This document shows positions 1 to 9,447 of a stretch of DNA of 64,000 bases, piece by piece. A program made the translations under genes and the position numbers. The stretch comes from a virus. The notes under the pieces were generated by a model. The model searched no databases. It was not told where the DNA came from and saw only the letters and a program-made list of their open reading frames with translations. The first letter of the stretch is position 1, and each line of letters opens with the position of its first letter. The stretch is from positions 22,001 through 86,000 of the IMG/VR virus record IMGVR_UViG_3300026478_000749. One strand, written 5' to 3'.

Positions 1-2
1 AC

Positions 3-797
3 ATTTTTGCTACACCAGGTATTAACTGGAACGACCATAGCTCACTTGTAAATCAAGCGGTTGATATTATTGAGAATGATAGAGCGGACTCTCTTTATAT
101 CATCAATGCTCCTAATTTTAGCGGCACAACGGGTGCTAACGAAGTAATTGGTGCTTTAGATGATTTAGGATTCGATTCTAACTACTCAGCAACTTACTGG
201 CCTTGGATTCAAGTAAGAGATACAGATAACGCTACTCAGCTTTATATTCCACCAACAGGTGAGGTATTAAAGAATATTGCATTAACTGATAATGTATCTT
301 ACCCATGGTTCGCAGTAGCGGGTTACTCAAGAGGTCTTGTTAACTCAATCAAAGCAACTAAGAAGTTGACTCTTGATGAAAGAGACGAACTTTATAAAGC
401 AAGAATTAACCCAATTGCAACATTCTCTGATACAGGTACTATTATTTGGGGTAACAAAACGTTACAAGTTAGAGAATCAGCACTTGATAGAATCAACGTA
501 AGAAGATTGTTATTAAGAGCAAGAAAGTTAATCTCTGCAGTAGCTGTAAGATTATTGTTTGAACAAAATGATGATCAAGTTAGACAAGAGTTCTTAAGAT
601 TGGTTAACCCAATTCTTGAATCAATTAAGAAAGAAAGAGGTCTTTATGATTTCCGTGTAACAGTATCAAACGATCCAGAAGATATTGATGCTAACACATT
701 GAGAGGTAAGATTTACATCAAACCTACAAGAGCGTTAGAATTTATTGATGTTGAGTTTATTATTACACCAACAGGAGCTTCTTTTGAGAATATCTAA
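3..797 (+). CDS. Contractile tail sheath protein, C-terminal part (5' end lies outside the window)
   Basis: The frame is open from position 3 (IFATPGINW...YSATYWPWIQV...YPWFAVAGYSRG) into the 366..797 ORF. Sheath C-terminal motifs: RINPIATF, IWGNKTLQ, LDRINVRRLL, LLFEQND, IYIKPTRALEFI. Confidence 0.93.
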   Translation: MFATPGINWNDHSSLVNQAVDIIENDRADSLYIINAPNFSGTTGANEVIGALDDLGFDSNYSATYWPWIQVRDTDNATQLYIPPTGEVLKNIALTDNVSYPWFAVAGYSRGLVNSIKATKKLTLDERDELYKARINPIATFSDTGTIIWGNKTLQVRESALDRINVRRLLLRARKLISAVAVRLLFEQNDDQVRQEFLRLVNPILESIKKERGLYDFRVTVSNDPEDIDANTLRGKIYIKPTRALEFIDVEFIITPTGASFENI

Positions 798-817
798 TAG
801 TCAGAATCTGACTGAAT

Positions 818-847
818 AAGGGGTGGTTTTTAACCATCCCTTTTTTA
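818..847 (+). terminator. Rho-independent terminator after the sheath gene
   Basis: GGGGTGGTT / AACCATCCC stem with a G-U pair, followed by a T-run. Confidence 0.8.
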
Positions 848-978
848 TTAGTATAAAGTAGTAATTAAAGAATATTAGTACATTGAAAATCAGTACATTA
901 GAAATAATAGAACATAGAAATATTAGAATAAAGTAAAATAGTACTATTAGAACATTAGTATTTTAGTAACGTAGTAGC
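848..978. repeat. Degenerate AT-rich tandem array of about 15 AG(T/A)A units, mostly 7-9 nt apart
   Basis: Read directly: ttAGTAtaaAGTAgtaattaaAGAAtattAGTAcattgaaaatcAGTAcattAGAAataatAGAAcatAGAAatattAGAAtaaAGTAaaatAGTActattAGAAcattAGTAttttAGTAacgtAGTA. Non-coding. Confidence 0.75.
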
Positions 979-1010
979 AAAAAGCTAACGATTTTTTTCC
1001 AAAAAGTCAA
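977..1010 (-). promoter_or_regulatory. Putative Bacteroidota-type promoter on the minus strand, pointing into the repeat array
   Basis: The minus strand reads TTGAC...TAGCTTT, with 20 nt between TTG and TAnnTTT. The same spacing is seen at 1693-1722 and 55053-55083. Confidence 0.45.
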
Positions 1011-1046
1011 GTATTTTGAAAAATAAATTTATTTCTAATATTGATA

Positions 1047-1054
1047 TATTTATA
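1047..1054 (+). promoter_or_regulatory. Putative late promoter TATTTATA (representative copy)
   Basis: TATTTAT recurs shortly upstream of 11 mostly structural or lysis gene starts (see findings). Confidence 0.6.
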
Positions 1055-1091
1055 AGGAAAGAAATAAACAAAACAATATAACACAAACACA

Positions 1092-1580
1092 ATGGCAGAT
1101 TTATTAATGAAAATGCCGGTTCCATATGAACCGAAACGTAAAAATAGGTTTATCCTAAGATTTCCATCATCTTTGGGTATCAACGAGTGGTATGTAACAT
1201 CTACATCCCGTCCTAGTGCTAAAATTAATTCAACTGAAATTCCGTTTTTAAATACTTCAACATATGTAGCAGGTAGATTTACCTGGGACCCAATTAAGGT
1301 TACTTTTAAAGATCCAATTGGTCCATCTGCATCCCAAGCATTGATGGAATGGTTCCGTCTTCATGCTGAATCCGTAACTGGTAGAATGGGTTATGCTGCA
1401 GGTTATAAAAAGAACGTAGAACTTGAAATGTTAGATCCAACAGGGGTTGTTGTTGAGAAGTGGATTTTAGAAGGCTGTTTCTTAACAAGTTTAAACTTTG
1501 GTGATCTTAGCTATTCAGAAGATGCTTTAGCTTCAATTGACGCTGAACTAAGAATGGATAGATGTATCCAAGTTTACTAA
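1092..1580 (+). CDS. Tail tube protein (T4 gp19-like)
   Basis: 162 aa directly after the sheath. Motifs EPKRKNRF, YVAGRFTWDPIKVTFKDPI, ALMEW, YKKNVELEMLDPTG..VEKWILEG. Confidence 0.9.
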   Translation: MADLLMKMPVPYEPKRKNRFILRFPSSLGINEWYVTSTSRPSAKINSTEIPFLNTSTYVAGRFTWDPIKVTFKDPIGPSASQALMEWFRLHAESVTGRMGYAAGYKKNVELEMLDPTGVVVEKWILEGCFLTSLNFGDLSYSEDALASIDAELRMDRCIQVY

Positions 1581-1600
1581 TATTCAAATAGTTTTATTTA

Positions 1601-1641
1601 TAATCCCATATTCGTAAAAAACGGATGTGGGATTTTTATTT
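1601..1641 (+). terminator. Terminator after the tail tube gene
   Basis: AATCCCATATTCGT / ACGGATGTGGGATT stem (with G-U pairs) followed by a T-rich tail. Confidence 0.75.
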
Positions 1642-1668
1642 AATTGATAATCAATTAATTATATCAAG

Positions 1669-1684
1669 TGTTCCACGTGAAACG
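1669..1684. promoter_or_regulatory. parS-like centromere site TGTTCCACGTGAAACG
   Basis: 15/16 match to the bacterial parS consensus TGTTNCACGTGAAACA. Intergenic and GC-richer than its AT-rich surroundings. Confidence 0.7.
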
Positions 1685-1745
1685 CTGGTCTATTGATTTT
1701 TAATTATTTTATAGTTATATTAAAAGAAAAGAATTCAATACTATT

Positions 1746-2486
1746 ATGGAAAATATTAACCCAATGGTTGCGTATGATGTTGTTCAACTACCTTCTCAAG
1801 GTGTACATTATTCCAACGGAAAAAAATCATTAAGAGTTGCATACCTAACCGCATCAGACGAAAATATTTTAATGTCTCCAAACTTGATTCAATCTGAAAC
1901 GGTTGTGGATGAATTATTAAAAAGAAAAATTTTAGATAAAGATATTTCTTTTGACGAGATTGTAGAAGAAGACAGACAAGCAATATTAATATTTTTAAGA
2001 AATACTGCATTTGGAACTGAGTATACTGTAACAATTACTGACCCAGGAACAAAAAAACAATTTGAAGCAGTAGTGGATTTATCTGTTTTAAAGGTTAAGG
2101 ATTTTAAATTAACAGCGGATGCTAATGGTGAATATACATTTAGCCTTCCAGTATCAAAAAAGAATGTAACTTTTAAGTTTTTATCAAACACACAAGAAAA
2201 AGAATTACAATTAATTAAAGAAACAAGTGGTACAAATGTCGCACCTGTTAATACAAAGAGATTGGAGATGATGATAAAATCAGTAGATGGTCAAAGAGAC
2301 CAAATGGCTATTTATCAATTTATTCAAAATCTACCAATTAAAGATTCTTTAGAATTTAAAAAATTTGTATCAGAAAATAAACCAGGTTTAGACTTAATAG
2401 TAGATGTAATCGCCCCGTCAGGAGAAAAAGTCCCAGTTTTGGTTGACTTTGGGGTGGAATTTTTTCGTCCCTTCTACGGAATATAA
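1746..2486 (+). CDS. Tail/baseplate hub assembly chaperone (T4 gp26-like family)
   Basis: Lies between tube and tape measure. Motifs VQLPSQGVHY, YLTASDENIL, DRQAILIFLRNTAFG, TFSLPVSKKNVTFKFL, PGLDL...FGVEFF. Confidence 0.7.
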   Translation: MENINPMVAYDVVQLPSQGVHYSNGKKSLRVAYLTASDENILMSPNLIQSETVVDELLKRKILDKDISFDEIVEEDRQAILIFLRNTAFGTEYTVTITDPGTKKQFEAVVDLSVLKVKDFKLTADANGEYTFSLPVSKKNVTFKFLSNTQEKELQLIKETSGTNVAPVNTKRLEMMIKSVDGQRDQMAIYQFIQNLPIKDSLEFKKFVSENKPGLDLIVDVIAPSGEKVPVLVDFGVEFFRPFYGI

Positions 2487-2610
2487 AAAAAGTCAAATAG
2501 AAACTATACTATTTCTTGTCTCAAGAGGATTTAGTTATCAAGATATCTTAATCCTGCCAATTCACGAAAGAACAAGCATGATTAATGCTATATTACAAAA
2601 AACTGAATAA
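2461..2610 (+). CDS. Probable frameshift-derived C-terminal extension of the tail chaperone (49 codons; not in the ORF track)
   Basis: The +1 frame reads FFVPSTEYKKSQIETILFLVSRGFSYQDILILPIHERTSMINAILQKTE*. It fills the gap up to the tape measure promoter, has no usable ATG, and begins at the GAA TTT TTT CGT CCC T run. Confidence 0.65.
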   Translation, partial: FFVPSTEYKKSQIETILFLVSRGFSYQDILILPIHERTSMINAILQKTE

Positions 2611-2640
2611 AACTATTTATAATATTATAGCACTAGTAAT

Positions 2641-4596
2641 ATGGCAGACATAAAAAAAGATTTTTACGACTTTTTAAGAAGTTTAGGTATCGATGATGAT
2701 GATGCAAAAAAAGCATCAGAAAAACACGCTAGTGCGATTGCTGATACAGCAGCCAAAGCCTCTAAATCAACGTCAACAACCTCAAGTGGTGGTAATAGTG
2801 TTGCAAGTGCACTAGGTGCTGCTTTTATAGATCAACAAGCTCAAACCTTAGCTAGAATTAATACAGAAACTGGTAAAAAAATACTCAATACTGTAAAGGG
2901 GATGGCGACATTTAATCCTTTAGAATTAATATCAACGGTTTTCGATGCTGGACTTGCAACAACCGAGGTTTTGTTAGGGGATATAGCTAAATTAAATGCT
3001 GAATTATTAGAAAAAACAAGGGGTGCTGGTGGGTATGTCGGCAGAATTGCAACCGAAATGATGGATACAACCAGATTCGCTATGATTGAAGCTCAGCGAT
3101 TTGGTGTTACAACAAACGAAACAATAAGCGCTGTTGAGTCTTTAATGGTTAATTCTGAGAGAATGGCAACATATAATGACAAGACCATATCAAATAGCAT
3201 GGTTGCGTCGTTAGCATTCACAAAGAATTCAAAAACAATATTAGAGAACGCTGAAAATTTTAGAAATGTTGGTATTGGCCTCGATGGTGCTGCAAAATCT
3301 ATTGAACAAATTGGTTCAAGATCAATAAAATTAGGTCTTAGTGCAAAAGCTACATCAGAAACCTTAATAAGCCAACTCGGTAAACTAAACGCATTTGGAT
3401 TCCAAAACGGAATAGCTGGTTTGGGTAAAATGGTTCAAGAAGCTCAAGCTTTAAAAATAAACATGGAAAGTATTTTTACCGTTGCAGATAAATTATATGA
3501 TCCAGAAAGTGCAATAAATTTAGCCGCTAATTTACAAGTTGTTGGTGGCGCCGTTGGCGATTTAGCAGACCCAATTAAACTAATGTATGATGCAACAAAT
3601 AATGTTGAATCGTTACAAACAAGTATTATTGGTGCAGCAAGAAGCTTAGCAACATACAATGCAGAACAAGGAAGATTTGAAGTAAGTGGAGCGAATTTAA
3701 GAAGAGCTAAAGCTATGGCAGATTCATTGGGTATATCAATGGGCGAGCTAACAAATATGGCAGTTAAAGGAGCCGCTAAATTTGAAGCAATGAGCGAATT
3801 GAATATGTTCCCATCATTAACAGATGACCAAAGAGAATTTGTTTCAAATATTGCAACAATAAAAGATGGAAAAGTTGGTTTCGATATACCTAAAAATATG
3901 GTTCAACAGATGGGTCTAACCAACGTTAAAGATGGATTTGTTAGTTTGAGTGATTTAACAGATAAACAACTAGCAGAATTACAGGATTTACAGAAAAAAG
4001 CTGCAGATGAAAAGCCAATAGATATTGCTAGAAACCAATTTAATGAAACAACAAAAATATTAAACGTAGCAACAGCAATTTACTTAAGATTAATGGAGGA
4101 TGTGAGAAGTGGACCGGCTGGGGATGCTGCAGCTAATTTAATGAAGAAGGCAGTCGATTTTACTGAAAATATTAACCCAACACAAAATAATACCGCTCAA
4201 ACAGTTAGACAAGTATATGGTGAGGCTACAGGAGCTGCTGGTGAAGCTTTAGATAAAATAATAGATAAGGTAAAAGGAGGAATGCCAAAAGAGGTACAAG
4301 AAACAATTAACTATCTAGAAACAAAACTAAGTGATATAACTAAAGATTTGAATATTCAGGAAAAAGCAACTGAGGTCCTAGAAAAAGCAAAAGAGTTAAT
4401 CGAAAGAGGTATAGAAAAAGGTAAAGATGCTTATGAGAATTTAAAGGGCTTTACAGGCGCCGTAGACATTAAAGTGGATATAAACAGTAATAGCACACAA
4501 TTAGCGGGTATTGTTGTGGATGAATTATCTAAAAATCCACAAATGAGAGCTGAATTTGTTTCTAATATCGTTAAGAGCACTAAAACATTTGCATAG
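2641..4596 (+). CDS. Tape measure-like protein
   Basis: 651 aa, Ala/Gly/Leu-rich and predicted helical, in the canonical position after the tube and chaperone. Confidence 0.7.
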   Translation: MADIKKDFYDFLRSLGIDDDDAKKASEKHASAIADTAAKASKSTSTTSSGGNSVASALGAAFIDQQAQTLARINTETGKKILNTVKGMATFNPLELISTVFDAGLATTEVLLGDIAKLNAELLEKTRGAGGYVGRIATEMMDTTRFAMIEAQRFGVTTNETISAVESLMVNSERMATYNDKTISNSMVASLAFTKNSKTILENAENFRNVGIGLDGAAKSIEQIGSRSIKLGLSAKATSETLISQLGKLNAFGFQNGIAGLGKMVQEAQALKINMESIFTVADKLYDPESAINLAANLQVVGGAVGDLADPIKLMYDATNNVESLQTSIIGAARSLATYNAEQGRFEVSGANLRRAKAMADSLGISMGELTNMAVKGAAKFEAMSELNMFPSLTDDQREFVSNIATIKDGKVGFDIPKNMVQQMGLTNVKDGFVSLSDLTDKQLAELQDLQKKAADEKPIDIARNQFNETTKILNVATAIYLRLMEDVRSGPAGDAAANLMKKAVDFTENINPTQNNTAQTVRQVYGEATGAAGEALDKIIDKVKGGMPKEVQETINYLETKLSDITKDLNIQEKATEVLEKAKELIERGIEKGKDAYENLKGFTGAVDIKVDINSNSTQLAGIVVDELSKNPQMRAEFVSNIVKSTKTFA

Positions 4597-4635
4597 TAAA
4601 ATAATAAATTATCTATTTATTAGATAAAAGAATAG

Positions 4636-7600
4636 ATGCCAAGTTATTTAGATTTTAATTCTACAAAAAAACTTAGAGATGAGTTATTAGCCAAGACCCT
4701 ACAAAAACCAAACGGGCCTCAAACTTTTAACACGTCTAATTATTCTATTCAAAATACCAGAAATATTGCTAATAGAGATTTAGGAGATGTGACATTAAAC
4801 GATGACACATCTAGAGCCGCTCAATTAGTTTCAACAGATAGTAGTAATAGATTCGGACCCGAAAACAGTCAATACGAAGTTTTAGAAAATACAAGAATTT
4901 TAATTGATCCGGCTGGTAATATAGGTTTGTATCCTTATTTTCCAATAGCTGACAGTATATTAGGTAGAAGTCTTATTGGGGCTTTAAATTCTGGTAATTA
5001 CGAGTTTGAATCAACATTAGCAAAATTTGCTAACTATCATTTAACCGAGTCGCCAGATGGTCCAGTTCAATCTAGAATTAGACAAAATTTAAAAACAGCC
5101 ACAGAAGGTAGAGCAAGAATATTAGATGCGGTTAATGGTAACTTATCATCCGCAATTAATATTATAAGAGGTAGAGAAAGATTAATTGAAAAAAATTATA
5201 AGATTACTGTTGCAAAAACCATACCTGGTAAAGCAATAGATTTTTTACAAACAGTTTCTGGTATAGAATTTCCATGGTCAGAAATACCTGGTGATTATTT
5301 AACAAATCCAGCAAATCCTATTGTAAACAGACCAGTACCTAAAACTGAATTAGGAAAAATATTTCAAGATGCTACTGGTGTATTAGGTTCATTATTAGGA
5401 ATACAAAGAAGGCCAACACCAAGTAGAAAACCATCAGATTTAATGATTGAATATTTGAGTGATGGTCAAAAAGATGTTTTATTTGATAATTTATCTTTTT
5501 CAACCTATGCACCAAATTATACAACTAGAGCTAGGTCACAAAACACAAGTAAATTATTCAACTTTGTTGATAGTGTTGCTACCGGCATAAATAAAGTATT
5601 AGGTAGAGAGGCTCCTGAAGGTAAAGCATATATTGGTGATGATAGAGGTGATGACATTAAAAATGTTTTAGAAGATTTCAACCAAAACAAAGTATTAAGT
5701 CCATATTATCTTTCATATAAATTTGATTCAAAGGCAGCGGAATTATTTTCTAACGAAAAAAATATTTCAGAAAGAGGAACTATTCCAGGAAAACTAACTT
5801 GGTTTAGTATTAATTCAAAAAATAGATTAGGGGCTAACAATACTGAGTATTCATCAGAAAGAGGTGTTTTTGAAGATAGCCTATCAACAAAACACGAATT
5901 CAGAGACGATTCAATACTTGGTAAAACACAACAATTATTAAATTCATTACCAAAGAATGGTGGTGAATCTAGATCACATGTTGCAAATGTTATTGATCAA
6001 ACATCAAGAGTTTTCAGAGAAGGTACTAAATTAATATCAAGAGGTTCAGCAATAGCATATGTTGATAAAGCAACAGGTGTACAAGATGGTACTGAATATT
6101 GTAGAGTTTGGACAAAAGATAGAGCTTATATGAACTATAGCGATACTATGAAAAAAACTGGAACGATTAGAAAAATCGAAGACAGTGTTATGAGTACGCC
6201 ATGGAATTTAAACATAGCACCAATGTCAAATGGTAATAGATCTTTTGTTGGATCTACTAACATAGATGGTATAGAAGGTAAAGCTAAAAAATATATGTTT
6301 TCTATCGAGAATTTAGCATGGAAAACATCAAATAAATTTGGATATACTGTTAACGATTTACCAATATGTGAAAGAGGAGCAACCGGCGGTCGTGTTATGT
6401 GGTTTCCTCCATATGATTTAAAGGTAAACGAAACTAATACAGCTAACTGGGATAAAAATAATTTTTTAGGTAGACCAGAACCAATATACACGTATCAAAA
6501 TACAGAAAGAACAGGTACTATATCTTTTAAAGTTGTTGTTGATCATCCAAGTATTCTTAATTTGTTAATTAAAGAAATTTCTGACGAAGAAGCTGAGAAC
6601 TTTTTAAATTCATTCTTTGCAGGATGTTATGATGTTGATTTTTATACTTTAGTTAGAAAATATATTACGTTAGATCCATCTGATCTTCAATTGATAATGT
6701 CTTATCTTGAGTATTATAGAAAAGATTCAAGCGGAAATTTTAAAAGAGAAGATACAACGACATCTCTTGAATTTAATAATGTTGCTGGAGAAGTAATAGT
6801 AAAACCAGGAAGAGAAGAACCTATTGAAAGTCCAGCCGCTGATGGTAGAAATACCTTTGGACAAGTTTTGGCTGATAAAATTATTTATTTCCCTAATGAT
6901 ATCCCTGGTCCAAAAACTAACATTTATGTTGACGCTAAAAGTCAATCATATGATTTAGTATACAATGATTACATTAAAGATAAGGAAAACTTTAAAAATC
7001 AATTAGCTAGTGGACTTAATACTATCTTAACTGTCGATACAAAAGATAATAGAGCAGATAGAGTTGTTATATTTGGAACAGAAGATCCAACAAGCGGAGG
7101 CACAATTTCAATTCAAACATTAATAAATGATAAAAAGGGTTTAATTGATACTGCTTTTACAGAATTACAAACTAACTTTGGTGTAATAAGTGGAGCAACA
7201 GCAACACTTAAATCGGAATTAGAGAAAAAGAATATAAAACAAATAAAACTAACTATCGAGTCGTCAACATCATTTGTTGCGGATGATTCATACAATATTA
7301 AACTTTCACATAGAAGATCTGATAGTTTAATAAAATATATATTAAAGTCAATTTCAAAAGATTCAAATACAATACCAGAGTACAAATGGGATAAAACAAT
7401 TGACCAATTAAATACAGATACAGCACAAACTAATCAAACAATAACAATAGACCTTAAAAAATTAGGTTATGGTGAAGACATTGAAGGTTCTATGGTTGTT
7501 GATTTTATTAACAAGGGTGAGAAAGCGACAGCAAGTGGCCCGGAAACATATGATTGTACCGGTAAAGAAATTAAAAATAAAACTGGTTTAAAAAAATACG

Positions 7601-9447
7601 CCCCAATTACTTTCTATTGTAGATCTGCAAGTGTTGTAATAACTTATGAACAAGTTAATAAAACTGAACCAGAAAAGAAAACTAGATTTATTCCTGGAGA
7701 AACAATAGTAATCCCAGGTAAAACAGATATTTCAGAAATCACAACAACTAAAAAGAGAAAGCCGCCATTAGATGTTGTAAAGAAACTTATAATGAAGGCT
7801 TTATCTGAGTGTTTCTATTTTAAGAAATTAGAAGAAACAGATCCTGTTGTATTTGGTAGTTTAAAAGAGAAGCTAAGATATTTTCATCCAGCTTTCCACT
7901 CAATGACACCAGAGGGTTTAAATGCTAGATTAACGTTCTTACATCAATGTATTAGACCTGGTGATACTATACCGGTTAAACAATTAGGTACAGATATAAA
8001 TGGAACAGTTGTGGATGCAAGAAATACAACATTTGGCCCGCCGCCTGTTTGCGTTTTAAGAATTGGTGATTTCTACCATTCAAAGATTGTGATAACAGCT
8101 ATGAATATTACGTATGAGAATAGTACGTGGGATTTAAATCCCGAAGGTATAGGTGTTCAACCAATGGTTGCAGATGTAACCTTACAAGTTAACTTTATTG
8201 GTGGTCAAGGTATTAAAGAACCGGTGGCTAAATTACAAAATGCTTTAAGTTCAAACTTCTATGCAAACACTGAAGTGTATGATTATAGAGCAGATTCAAC
8301 CGTTGATCAAGACAAGCTTGTTAAATTCAATGTAGACTTTTTAGAAAAACTAACTGGTGGGATCGAGACACCAAAAATAAGTGAAATACCAACTGAAGAT
8401 AAAACTAAAAAAGATGGTACTTGGATTGGTTCACAAAATGGAACTAAAATGACTTACAAAGAAGTTATTCAAAATTTATTTAAATCAACCAATGATTATT
8501 TTACAGCGTTTAAAAACACATATACTAAATTAACCGAATCATATGGTAAAGAATTTTTACCTCTGTTTATATCACAAACCTATAGAACAATTAATCAAGT
8601 TGATGTTCAAAACACATTGTCATCAACAATACAAATTAACTTATTAGGTGAGTATAAACAATTCGTTGATTTTGCAAATCTTTATGGAAGAGTTGAAAAA
8701 GAATTATTAGCTAAAGTTAGTTCATCAGATCACAATGTTGTTTTAGATTTAGGATTTGATTCAGGAACTTCAAAGTATGATAGATCCAGAGAAATAATTG
8801 ACGCGTATATTAAAACAACAGTAACCGAGTTTTTAAATAAAATTAGAGACGAAAAAGCCGCTAAAGAACTGGAGCAAAATAGAAATAAACTTGTCGATTT
8901 AATTGATAGGGTTAATTTTATAGTTAAGACCAATGGTAAAGATGGAAGATTCGATAAAAAGGAAACAACAGTAGCTACATTAGCAAATTTTGATTATACT
9001 AAGTTTTATACACAATATGACGAAGCAATAAATCTTATAAAAGATAAACATTCAATTTTTACTAGCGAATTAGATAACACAATTAACTTTAATTTACCAT
9101 CTTTTGATGATACAGCTTACAAAAAGATATTAGCGTTTATAATAAAAGATAAGGTTTCTATAATTAAAAAATTGTATGATGATTCAAAGGACACAAAATA
9201 TTTTGATCAAAATGCAATAAACAGAATAGAGAAGAATATTGAAAAATTTATCAAAAACAATAAATCTAATTCTGATATTAAGAAATTTAAATATAAAGAA
9301 GCCAAACTTAAAAAAGAAATAAAACCATTTGATTTCAGTTATACTGGAACATTAAGTGGACAAGAAATCGAAATACTTGAAAAAGTACACGCAATAAAAG
9401 GTTCGGCGGGAGCAACTAAATTAAACTTTATAAAACCTAGTACATAA
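4636..9447 (+). CDS. Large baseplate/tail-initiator protein with an internal OmpA-like peptidoglycan-binding motif
   Basis: 1603 aa after the tape measure. Tube-initiator-like segments FLGRPEPIYTYQNTERTGTISF and PPVCVLRIGDFYHSKIVI; OmpA-like SSTS...YNIKLSHRRSDSL. Confidence 0.6.
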   Translation: MPSYLDFNSTKKLRDELLAKTLQKPNGPQTFNTSNYSIQNTRNIANRDLGDVTLNDDTSRAAQLVSTDSSNRFGPENSQYEVLENTRILIDPAGNIGLYPYFPIADSILGRSLIGALNSGNYEFESTLAKFANYHLTESPDGPVQSRIRQNLKTATEGRARILDAVNGNLSSAINIIRGRERLIEKNYKITVAKTIPGKAIDFLQTVSGIEFPWSEIPGDYLTNPANPIVNRPVPKTELGKIFQDATGVLGSLLGIQRRPTPSRKPSDLMIEYLSDGQKDVLFDNLSFSTYAPNYTTRARSQNTSKLFNFVDSVATGINKVLGREAPEGKAYIGDDRGDDIKNVLEDFNQNKVLSPYYLSYKFDSKAAELFSNEKNISERGTIPGKLTWFSINSKNRLGANNTEYSSERGVFEDSLSTKHEFRDDSILGKTQQLLNSLPKNGGESRSHVANVIDQTSRVFREGTKLISRGSAIAYVDKATGVQDGTEYCRVWTKDRAYMNYSDTMKKTGTIRKIEDSVMSTPWNLNIAPMSNGNRSFVGSTNIDGIEGKAKKYMFSIENLAWKTSNKFGYTVNDLPICERGATGGRVMWFPPYDLKVNETNTANWDKNNFLGRPEPIYTYQNTERTGTISFKVVVDHPSILNLLIKEISDEEAENFLNSFFAGCYDVDFYTLVRKYITLDPSDLQLIMSYLEYYRKDSSGNFKREDTTTSLEFNNVAGEVIVKPGREEPIESPAADGRNTFGQVLADKIIYFPNDIPGPKTNIYVDAKSQSYDLVYNDYIKDKENFKNQLASGLNTILTVDTKDNRADRVVIFGTEDPTSGGTISIQTLINDKKGLIDTAFTELQTNFGVISGATATLKSELEKKNIKQIKLTIESSTSFVADDSYNIKLSHRRSDSLIKYILKSISKDSNTIPEYKWDKTIDQLNTDTAQTNQTITIDLKKLGYGEDIEGSMVVDFINKGEKATASGPETYDCTGKEIKNKTGLKKYAPITFYCRSASVVITYEQVNKTEPEKKTRFIPGETIVIPGKTDISEITTTKKRKPPLDVVKKLIMKALSECFYFKKLEETDPVVFGSLKEKLRYFHPAFHSMTPEGLNARLTFLHQCIRPGDTIPVKQLGTDINGTVVDARNTTFGPPPVCVLRIGDFYHSKIVITAMNITYENSTWDLNPEGIGVQPMVADVTLQVNFIGGQGIKEPVAKLQNALSSNFYANTEVYDYRADSTVDQDKLVKFNVDFLEKLTGGIETPKISEIPTEDKTKKDGTWIGSQNGTKMTYKEVIQNLFKSTNDYFTAFKNTYTKLTESYGKEFLPLFISQTYRTINQVDVQNTLSSTIQINLLGEYKQFVDFANLYGRVEKELLAKVSSSDHNVVLDLGFDSGTSKYDRSREIIDAYIKTTVTEFLNKIRDEKAAKELEQNRNKLVDLIDRVNFIVKTNGKDGRFDKKETTVATLANFDYTKFYTQYDEAINLIKDKHSIFTSELDNTINFNLPSFDDTAYKKILAFIIKDKVSIIKKLYDDSKDTKYFDQNAINRIEKNIEKFIKNNKSNSDIKKFKYKEAKLKKEIKPFDFSYTGTLSGQEIEILEKVHAIKGSAGATKLNFIKPST

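Noticed and set aside
848-978. CRISPR array or small ORF in the AGTA/AGAA repeat region
   Set aside because: Units are only ~8 nt and degenerate, with no repeat-spacer structure, and the ORF track shows no ORF here.
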